From the NCBI RefSeq assembly GCF_002075285.3, contig NZ_CP021983.2, positions 1,470,001 through 1,502,000 on the forward strand: a DNA stretch of 32,000 nt, given 5' to 3'. This DNA comes from Halomicronema hongdechloris C2206. Its GTDB lineage: Bacteria > Cyanobacteriota > Cyanobacteriia > Phormidesmidales > Phormidesmidaceae. The position numbers and the translations under genes were made by a program. Numbering within the stretch: position 1 is the stretch's first letter; each line of letters begins with the position of its first letter. Under the pieces are notes generated by a model, which worked only from the letters and a program-made list of their open reading frames with translations, was not told the DNA's origin and made no database searches. Below, one piece after another: positions 17,861 through 24,593 of the stretch.

Positions 17861-18586
17861 CTATACTCGCCGTTTTTGATCAACTAATGCAAATGCAGGT
17901 GAAATGAGACCAACTACAGCCGCAGTTAAATTTAATCCCTGGATAAAAGAGCTTTCGGGTCCAATAGTTATAAAAACTATCAATGAAATCAACATAACGA
18001 CAAGAGATATGGCACCCACGTACCAGAGTAGGTATGATTTACGTAAAAGAGAGGACTGACTATTTCTGACTGGATCAGTCTTGCTCAAGCAAGTATAAGA
18101 GTAATCCGTTTCATTCAATACGTGGTAGAGAAAATCATCTGAACGATTTGGATCGTATTTTGGTTTCAATTCAAATGTGTAAACTGACTCAATACCAAGT
18201 GCAAGGCATACGGCAAAAACATCTATGCTTGGTCTTTTAGGAGCAGTCGTTAAATCAACTATCCATTTTGTATTTTTCTGACTTTTGATAACCTGGTACA
18301 ATTCTCGCTTCAGATTTGAGTACTCAATCGGAATTAATTCCCTTTTCAAAAGTTGCTCATTTATTTGTTTGTAAACACCAGAGAATCGCGAAGAAAGGTC
18401 GCCTAGTCGGCCCCATATTTTGCTAGAAATGTTACTTGCTTCAGAATCAGTAATTCCTGTTTCAGTTCCTTTGATGTGTATCAGTTTGATTGCTTCTATT
18501 CCCATATTTTCATAGGCATATGAAATCGCATTAATGTACGAATCGACATTGGGAGAGAAGAGAAAAACTAAAAGTGTTTTAAGCAT
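17861..18586 (-). CDS. CARF-like sensor domain fused to two C-terminal transmembrane helices (putative cyclic-oligonucleotide-gated membrane effector)
   Basis: I place the start at ATG 18586 (MLKTLLVFLFSPNVDSY...), which overlaps the upstream stop in ATGCTTAA. The N-terminal half is Rossmannoid: beta1 LLVFLFSP, IEAIKLIHIKG, and WIVDLTTAPKR, which fits the CARF motif [DN]x[ST]xxx[RK]. The C-terminal TM helices are LLWYVGAISLVVMLISLIVFITIG and LNLTAAVVGLISPAFALV. Confidence 0.6.
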   Translation of the reverse strand: MLKTLLVFLFSPNVDSYINAISYAYENMGIEAIKLIHIKGTETGITDSEASNISSKIWGRLGDLSSRFSGVYKQINEQLLKRELIPIEYSNLKRELYQVIKSQKNTKWIVDLTTAPKRPSIDVFAVCLALGIESVYTFELKPKYDPNRSDDFLYHVLNETDYSYTCLSKTDPVRNSQSSLLRKSYLLWYVGAISLVVMLISLIVFITIGPESSFIQGLNLTAAVVGLISPAFALVDQKRRV

Positions 18587-18971
18587 CAAGAAAATCCTCC
18601 AATTCTCTAAACTGACGAACACAATTCTTGCCACTTGTCTTAGCCAGCTTTAAAGCAAAGTAAGCTTCTCTTGGAGTTTTTCCAAGTCCTATTGATAGTG
18701 TGCTTTTGGCCTTTTTCTGAAATTCAAATCTAATTTTTTCGATCAGATTGAGAGTATCGTCTGTTTTGCTAATGCGGGCTAAAATATTATCTCCACCTGT
18801 AAATATTATTTCTGCCTCGCAAGACTCTATAAGCTCATATTCTAGCCAAAGCATCGCTTTATGAAATACTTTTGAAAATTCGAAAATTTTAGCTGATTCA
18901 TTTCTCAACATAAGATATTCAAGATGATGTCCAACATCATCACCATCGGCAGCAAAATAGAGTTTAGTCAT
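18579..18971 (-). CDS. Minimal Cas10-palm/GGDEF-like nucleotide cyclase (mCpol-like), 130 aa
   Basis: LYFAADGDDVGHH is the first acidic metal-binding motif. IIFTGGDNILARI is the GGDD/GGDEF-equivalent. LSIGLGKTPREAYFALKLAKTSGKNCV is the SxG...AK..GKN tail common to GGDEF and Cas10 palm domains. No other domain fits in 130 aa. Confidence 0.65.
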   Translation of the reverse strand: MTKLYFAADGDDVGHHLEYLMLRNESAKIFEFSKVFHKAMLWLEYELIESCEAEIIFTGGDNILARISKTDDTLNLIEKIRFEFQKKAKSTLSIGLGKTPREAYFALKLAKTSGKNCVRQFRELEDFLDA

Positions 18972-19224
18972 ACATTTTCTTTCAAATAATCAATGGTTTG
19001 CCGCCTAAATTTTAAGTTAGGAAGAACAAGGATAAATTCCATATAAAGAGACAAGTGTTAGGTGTCTGCCACCTTTATCATATTAATTAAGCAAGGATAT
19101 CGATTAGTCATGAAGTCAGATCATGGCTGATTTAAGAACAACGATACTTTTGTATGAATTGCACTTATCTTATATCAAGTCTCCATTCCTTGCCTCCCAA
19201 TAAATCAGGTCTTGTATCCAGTTT

Positions 19225-19695
19225 GTGTTACCTTCTCACCACCTGGGGGCGGCCCTGCTGGTGGTCGGCCCACCCGACAGCGGTAAGTCGGTACTCAGCC
19301 ATGCCCTGTTTCGGGCCTTGCTGCCGGAGTATCCGGACGTGTTTTTGCAGCGAGCCCAGTGGGATGGGGAGGGCAACTGGACTTTAGAGCTGCCGGAGTC
19401 AGCAACAGCAGCGGATCGGGAGGCCTTCAAGCTGTTCTATAAGGGCGGCTTGACGGCGGGCTTTTTCCCGTATCAGGCCCAGGCGATTTTGCAGCTGCGG
19501 CGACGGAAGCCGCTGGTGATAGTGGATGTGGGCGGCAGGGTGCAGCCGGAGAAGGTACCGATTTTGGAGGCGTGTTCCCATTACCTTGTACTCAGCTCAA
19601 AGCTCCGGGAGGTGAAGCAATGGCATGAGTTTTGCGGCGATCGGGGCAATTTATCGCCATTAGCAGTTATCCACAGTAGAATGGCACTGACATAA
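19225..19695 (+). CDS. Small P-loop NTPase, family not recognised. The 3' end is formed by the IS4 terminal repeat.
   Basis: It has a GTG start at the AT-rich/GC-rich boundary, Walker A VVGPPDSGKSVL and Walker B-like PLVIVDVGG. The last ~6 codons and the stop (..SRMALT*) lie inside the IS inverted repeat beginning at 19679, so the native C-terminus is probably lost. Confidence 0.55.
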   Translation: MLPSHHLGAALLVVGPPDSGKSVLSHALFRALLPEYPDVFLQRAQWDGEGNWTLELPESATAADREAFKLFYKGGLTAGFFPYQAQAILQLRRRKPLVIVDVGGRVQPEKVPILEACSHYLVLSSKLREVKQWHEFCGDRGNLSPLAVIHSRMALT

Positions 19696-21158
19696 GCCGT
19701 ATCAAGCAACTAGTTTAGCTTTCGCAACCGAGCGCGGTTCTTGCATTCTGGGGAACGGTTTGGGGCGACGTTTGACCACTCGGGGTTCTGAGCGGTGCGG
19801 TCGAAAAGGGATAATCAACTCCCGCACAGCGTTTAACAAGGCTTGGTAGCCTTGCGGTCGCGCAGATGGCGAGAGATGCAGCAACTCGGGTCGGAAATGA
19901 TTGAATTGTTGCCGCGTGCCCTGTAGGGAGAGCCGCAAAGCCCCGACCTCGGCATCGGCGCCGGCTTCCCACATCAGCGTTCGCAGCAGATTGTAGGCCA
20001 ACAAATGCACCCAAATACTTTTAGTCACCATGGTAGGGGTTTTGGCGGCAACCATCTCCATGGCTAAGGTGGTTTTGAGATGTCTGAGATTGACTTCAGC
20101 GGCTTGCCAACGCAACTGATAGAGTTGGGCCAATTTGGCTCTAGGATAGCGTTTGGGGTCTATCAAGGTGGTCACTACCACAAAGTTGCTCGGGCGAAAC
20201 CCAGGGACTTGAATCGAGAGATAGACTTCGCGCACCTCAAGCGCCTCGGGCAACGCCTCAAACTCCTCCGGTGAAAGGGCATGAGGACATTTTTTCGGGC
20301 GCTGCCACCGGACGATGTGGTCGCCAATGCCTAGCTTTTTGCCGCGCCTGAAATCACAACGGCGTTGATGATGCTTGCGAAAGACGGCATCGGCTCCCAT
20401 CGCGGTGACTCCAGCCAAATCGACATAGGTGCCGTAAGCCGAATCGGCCACCACCACATCCTCTGGGCACAACGTCTGATAGAGGTGACGGGCTAAGCGC
20501 CATTCACTGACCCGAAAGGGAGCCATTGCGACTTCCAATACCGCTCCTGTGGTCACACAAAACCACACTTGCAGCTTCAGGAGGGGAAAGCCACAGCCGC
20601 TCTTTTGATTACTGTGCTGGGGATACGCCCGTTGATTCACTTCGGTATCGCTCATCAAAATCGTCGTCGCATCAAACGCCCTCACGACCCGACCGCACCA
20701 CCGCTGAGCTGGGGATACCTGCGCCTGTAAAGCCGTGGCGACGCGCTTTACAAGCGGTGGAAAAATCGATTCGGGCCAGCGTTTGCGGGCTTTGCTGTAG
20801 GCGCCCGTATCCGCCGACGGCACGCTCAATCCAGCCACCCGCATCCAGGTCGTCACGCGCTTGACAGCATGGCTCAAACTGCTGTCCGAATCGAGAACTT
20901 GCGACAGCCAACTCCACAGCACCACTATCGGGGTGTAAAGCACTTGGCGATAAGTGACTCCCTGGGCCTCCAGCACCGCCTGAATCTCTGCTTCCGGCAG
21001 CACATCGCTAAACGGTAGACCGATGCTGTTCTGGTATTGCTCCTTGAGGACTGCTGCACGATTCGGCATCATAGAGACATGGTTATGGGCTTCGACGCTT
21101 TGATTCTTACAGATCAAGCGCTTGAAGCCTTTTTTGCTCTCTTATGTCAGTGCCATTC
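19679..21158. mobile_element. IS4-family insertion sequence (~1.48 kb), apparently intact
   Basis: It has 18-bp perfect terminal inverted repeats: GAATGGCACTGACATAAG at 19679-19696 and its complement CTTATGTCAGTGCCATTC at 21141-21158. They enclose one transposase ORF. There is no matching target-site duplication on the two flanks. Confidence 0.75.
19702..21072 (-). CDS. IS4-family DDE transposase
   Basis: The ORF runs 19702..21117, and I place the start at ATGATG 21072 (MMPNRAAVLKEQYQ...). The DDE context is VVRAFDATTI, VVVADSAYGTY and YQLRWQAAEVNLRHLK (a YxxR...E...K-type motif). Confidence 0.85.
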   Translation of the reverse strand: MMPNRAAVLKEQYQNSIGLPFSDVLPEAEIQAVLEAQGVTYRQVLYTPIVVLWSWLSQVLDSDSSLSHAVKRVTTWMRVAGLSVPSADTGAYSKARKRWPESIFPPLVKRVATALQAQVSPAQRWCGRVVRAFDATTILMSDTEVNQRAYPQHSNQKSGCGFPLLKLQVWFCVTTGAVLEVAMAPFRVSEWRLARHLYQTLCPEDVVVADSAYGTYVDLAGVTAMGADAVFRKHHQRRCDFRRGKKLGIGDHIVRWQRPKKCPHALSPEEFEALPEALEVREVYLSIQVPGFRPSNFVVVTTLIDPKRYPRAKLAQLYQLRWQAAEVNLRHLKTTLAMEMVAAKTPTMVTKSIWVHLLAYNLLRTLMWEAGADAEVGALRLSLQGTRQQFNHFRPELLHLSPSARPQGYQALLNAVRELIIPFRPHRSEPRVVKRRPKPFPRMQEPRSVAKAKLVA

Positions 21159-22058
21159 AGCCCTAGTAGACCCCCAGCAGTTGCAGGAGTGCTTCTTGAG
21201 TTGGGTGCAGCAGCTCACGGAGCAGTTGGAGATTAACCTGATTCATCTCGACGGGAAAACGGCGCGGGGGTCCTATGACCGAGAGAGGTCGTTGAGAGCC
21301 TTGCAGACCGTCAGTGCCTGGGCCTCAGAGCATCATCTGGTGCTGGCGCAACACCGCGTCGAAAGCACCTCGAATGAGATTACCGCTATTCCCGAATTGC
21401 TCAACCTGCTGGATCTCGACGGTGCGATTATCACCCTGGATGCCATGGGCACGCAACGGGAGAGTGCTGCCCAGATCCGGGAGCAAGGAGGGGACTACAT
21501 CCTGGCACTGAAAGGCAATCAAGGGACCCTCCACCACGCGGTGAAGACCTTCTTTCAGGAGGCGGAGCGCACTCAGTGGGCAACCCTGGATTATAGCTAC
21601 AGTAGCACCACAGAAGCCGGTCATCATCGCATTGAACATCGTCAGGTCTGGGCGGTGCCGCTGAGTCAAGTGCCCGAGTTGCCCACTCACCAGACCTGGA
21701 GCGGCCTGGCTACCGTTGTGATGGTCAGCGCGACCGCCAATTGTGGAACAAGACGACCCATGAGGTGTGCCTCTACATCAGCAGTTTGCCAGCTGAGGCC
21801 AGTGTGTTGGCCCAAGCGATCCGCTCCCATTGGGGCATCGAAAATAGCTTGCACTGGGTGTTGGATGTCACCTTTCGGGAAGACTCGAGTCGGATTCGCA
21901 GCGGTCATGGTCCTGAAAACATGGGCCTCTTACGGCGTTTGGCCCTGAATTTACTCAACCGGGCTCCCTCTAAGCAGAGTCTCAAACAGAAACGCTATCG
22001 CGCTGCCATGGACAATGACTTTGTCATCGAGGTGTTGCTTGCTCATGACGTTGGCTAA
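21159..22058 (+). pseudogene. ISAs1-family (H-repeat-type) transposase, 5'-truncated by the IS4 element or a rearrangement, and frameshifted at about 21731
   Basis: The sequence begins mid-protein at LVDPQQLQECFLSWVQQL...LIHLDGKTARGSYD...ITLDAMGTQRESAAQI..GGDYILALKGNQGTL. It then shifts frame to RQLWNKTTHEVCLYISSL...IRSHWGIENSLHWVLDVTFREDSSRIR. About 95 N-terminal codons are missing. The element's right end probably lies between 22059 and about 22235. Confidence 0.8.
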
Positions 22059-22210
22059 GGCCAGCGAAACGGCCCTGATAAGGGGACACAAACGATTGGA
22101 GGACACGACAATCCAGCTCATGCAGCTCTCAGACTATTCCAACGGGGTTGGAATCACGTTTTCAGCATCTAAAACTGGCATGACTCATAAAATCCTGATC
22201 TGGATTCTGA

Positions 22211-22444
22211 GCATTATGTCAAGCTGATTTACGTGCGATTGCCCTGTATGAGGGGCAGACCTTAGAGGCTGTAGTGACAGCCATTAAAGGTAACAGAGTC
22301 ACTTATGAAATGTTAGGCACTATCAAGCTAACGGCTAGGGAACCTCAAAAGGCCAAGCTACTGTCGGAGGGTCAGATTGTCACTGTCAAAGTCACGGCTC
22401 TAAAACCAGATGGATCACCTAAGAACGTCAAATTTACGGGTTAA
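22211..22444 (+). pseudogene. Orphan 3' gene fragment with no start codon, ending 5 nt before the TIR-SAVED ATG
   Basis: The open frame reads ..DLRAIALYEGQTLEAVVTAIKGNRVTYEMLGTIKLTAREPQKAKLLSEGQIVTVKVTALKPDGSPKNVKFTG* with native-like composition. The only ATG is internal. It abuts the ISAs1 right end. I do not recognise the family; the pattern is beta-rich and OB/S1-like. Confidence 0.3.
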
Positions 22445-22449
22445 TTATT

Positions 22450-23718
22450 ATGAATACTGCGCCAACCACTTCCTATCGGTCTCCCTTTGTTTCTACCTTC
22501 CTATCCCACTCCTCTGCCGATAGCGATCTGGCGGCAGCCGTGACCAAACGCCTAGGGCGTCGCGGTGTTTTAACCTGGCTTGATAAAAATGAACTACTCG
22601 AAATGGGGTCGCTGGATGGGGTTCTGAAACAGGCCGTCCAGCAGCAGGCAACCTTGACGCTTTTTCTATCTGAAGCCTCTCTAAAGTCTGAGTGGTGTAG
22701 AGACGAACTCAGATGGGCGATCGAGGCTCAGGCGGGGACCGATCATTTGCTGCCGGTATATTTGGGAGATCCCCTGAAGCTGATCAAAAGCCATCCTCTG
22801 CTGCGCGAAAGGTTTCTGCATGCCGATGGCAATCGCGTCAATCAACTGGGCTATGCCTGCCAGCAGGAGGCCGGCGAACCGAATCCAGATGCGATCGCAC
22901 AAAAAATTGCCGCCACCGCCTACCACCGTTCCATCCCTGACCCCTGGTCTGAGGTGGTGATTGTGTTAGACCAACGGGGCAGTGGCCCCCGCCGTGGCCT
23001 CCCAAAACTTCCTGCCAACATCGCCAGTCTCCAAGCCCCCACCCTCACCTTTCGCCCCGATACCAGATCCCGCCAGATGCGAGAACTGCTAACTGGCGAC
23101 GATTGGGACGATATGGCCAACACCCTGAAACAGTCCCTATCTAACGCCCTCGGCACAGTGCGGGGAGAGCCTCGTAAAGTACGGGTTCTCGGCAACGCCC
23201 AGACAGGGCTGGTATGGGCCGTGGGCCGCCACTTTGACCGCACCACCGCTGCCGACCTCTACGGCTATGATCGAGATGGTCTAGCCGTCACGAATCAAGG
23301 GCAAGCAAGGCACACCCCCTTACTGGGCGGAAATCCGGAGAGAGCCCAGCCAGCCAACGATAAAGCAAAAGCACCAGAGGTTAAGTTGCCCACGGTCGCT
23401 CTGGGCATTGGGTCACAGCGGCGATACGGTTCTCAAGTCCAAGACGCTGGGCCTGATCTGCCGTTGTTTTGGATAGAGTCTGGCTCAATCGAAGACTCCA
23501 AACAGGCTATGGAGCTAGTGGCAGATATCGTGGCCTCTGTCGAACAGTTGCGGCGAGAGTATGGCACTCGGGAACTCGTCCTGTTTTGGACCACCGCCAA
23601 CCATGTGGCCCTGCTGGCCGCCGCTAACCTGACCTCCCATGTCATTCCTAAAATCAAATATATGGAATGGGATCATGCCAATGATAGGTACGTGCATCTT
23701 CCCATGTTGGGGGATTGA
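22450..23718 (+). CDS. TIR-SAVED fusion protein (cyclic-oligonucleotide-sensing NADase-type effector)
   Basis: The N-terminus is a TIR_2 pattern: FLSHSSADSDLAAAVTKRLGRRGVLTWLDKNEL...LFLSEASLKSEWCRDELRWAIE. The C-terminal ~250 aa show two CARF-like halves typical of SAVED: VRVLGNAQTGLVWAVGRHFDRT and ELVLFWTTANHVALLAAANLTSHV..IKYMEWDH. It contains a HIP1 site at 22891. Confidence 0.7.
   Translation: MNTAPTTSYRSPFVSTFLSHSSADSDLAAAVTKRLGRRGVLTWLDKNELLEMGSLDGVLKQAVQQQATLTLFLSEASLKSEWCRDELRWAIEAQAGTDHLLPVYLGDPLKLIKSHPLLRERFLHADGNRVNQLGYACQQEAGEPNPDAIAQKIAATAYHRSIPDPWSEVVIVLDQRGSGPRRGLPKLPANIASLQAPTLTFRPDTRSRQMRELLTGDDWDDMANTLKQSLSNALGTVRGEPRKVRVLGNAQTGLVWAVGRHFDRTTAADLYGYDRDGLAVTNQGQARHTPLLGGNPERAQPANDKAKAPEVKLPTVALGIGSQRRYGSQVQDAGPDLPLFWIESGSIEDSKQAMELVADIVASVEQLRREYGTRELVLFWTTANHVALLAAANLTSHVIPKIKYMEWDHANDRYVHLPMLGD
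23256..23348. repeat. Direct repeat copy A (inside the SAVED-coding region)
   Basis: A 93-bp stretch CCTCTACGGCTATGATCGAGATGGTCTAGCCGTCACGAATCAAGGGCAAGCAAGGCACACCCCCTTACTGGGCGGAAATCCGGAGAGAGCCCA recurs at 24501-24593 with one mismatch. Weaker similarity extends ~15 bp upstream and ~30 bp downstream. Confidence 0.9.
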
Positions 23719-23814
23719 TAGACCTTCCATTTCAAGGCTTATTACTTTGAGCAGCATCGTCTGACAATCAGTCAGGCTATGCTGATAGCAAGACTGTCTC
23801 TGGGACCAGCCACC

Positions 23815-24435
23815 ATGCCGTTTAGCGGATTCAAGAGCCTGGGCGAAACTCTCAAAGAATTTGAGATTGTCTACACCGAAGCGAACTTTATCGAGGGTGT
23901 GCCGTTCGCTATCTCAGACTATTTCCGGCAAGACCTAAGGCTCATGTTGGATGATGCTGTGGTAGACAACTCCGAGTACGCGATTTGCGAGAACCTGGTG
24001 TATCCCATTCTCAAAGAAATCTGGAAGCAGTATCGGCGCAACTTTATTCTCTGGAGTCATGAGTTTCTCAACTGCGATGCTCAGCTGTCAGGGTTTCCCG
24101 AGTATATTTTGGCGCGGCGATCGCCCCTCGGCAAAATCGTCTTCGACAAGCCCTACTTCGTGCTGGTAGAAGCCAAGCAAGACAACTTTGATGCTGCCTG
24201 GAGCCAGTGCCTCGCTGAGATGATTGCCGCTCAGCGCTTGAACGACAATGAACAACTCGTGATTTTCGGCATTACCTCCAACGGCGATCGCTGGCAGTTT
24301 GGCAAGCTGGATGGAACTCAGTTCACCCTTAACCGAACTTTCTACACCATTCAAGAGTTGGACACGTTGTTTGCAGCAGTGAACTACGTGTTTCAGCAGT
24401 GCGAGCAACAGTTGAATGCCCTCATTGCTGTTTAG
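23815..24435 (+). CDS. PD-(D/E)xK nuclease-fold protein, type I restriction R-subunit N-terminal (HSDR_N)-like
   Basis: GFPEYILARR...PYFVLVEAKQDNFDAAWSQCLAEM gives a (P)E ... ExK arrangement, and the size is ~200 aa. The start is either ATG 23815 or ATG 23779. HIP1 sites lie at 24117 and 24284. Confidence 0.55.
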   Translation: MPFSGFKSLGETLKEFEIVYTEANFIEGVPFAISDYFRQDLRLMLDDAVVDNSEYAICENLVYPILKEIWKQYRRNFILWSHEFLNCDAQLSGFPEYILARRSPLGKIVFDKPYFVLVEAKQDNFDAAWSQCLAEMIAAQRLNDNEQLVIFGITSNGDRWQFGKLDGTQFTLNRTFYTIQELDTLFAAVNYVFQQCEQQLNALIAV

Positions 24436-24500
24436 ACCTCTGGTATATCGGCGACAGATGTTATAAATCATCCTGCCTTTCCCTCACCCACTGCCGCCAA

Positions 24501-24593
24501 CCTCTACGGCTATGATCGAGATGGTCTAGCCGTCACGAATCAAGGGCAAGCAAAGCACACCCCCTTACTGGGCGGAAATCCGGAGAGAGCCCA
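24501..24593. repeat. Direct repeat copy B (a remnant of SAVED-coding sequence upstream of glcF)
   Basis: See copy A. The offset is exactly 1245 bp. In frame it reads NLYGYDRDGLAVTNQGQAKHTPLLGGNPERA, a gene fragment rather than a functional ORF. Confidence 0.9.

Larger units (their letters stand above)
17768..19224. other. AT-rich, HIP1-free block (putative horizontally acquired island) carrying the mCpol-like/CARF-2TM pair
   Basis: My line counts give G+C of 23/60 at 18661-18720 and 27/60 at 18001-18060, against 37/60 at 17401-17460. Composition changes abruptly near 17770 and 19225. There is no GCGATCGC inside. Confidence 0.8.

Noticed and set aside
18587-18634. Longer start for the CARF-2TM ORF (MARIVFVSLENWRIFL...).
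   Set aside because: The extension overlaps the 3' end of the mCpol-like gene by 56 nt. The ATG at 18586 gives the classic 8-nt ATGCTTAA stop/start overlap and begins directly at the first beta strand.
17762-19249. A short shared CCACCTG at both edges of the AT-rich island as a possible target-site duplication.
   Set aside because: It is a 7-mer in a GC-rich background, not positioned exactly at the composition breaks. That is too weak to call.
19154-19387. 77-aa plus-strand ORF spanning the island boundary, and ORF 22015..22227 in the ISAs1 right end.
   Set aside because: Both cross composition boundaries or IS termini. They are Cys/Ser-rich with no motifs, and one overlaps the better-supported P-loop ORF in another frame.
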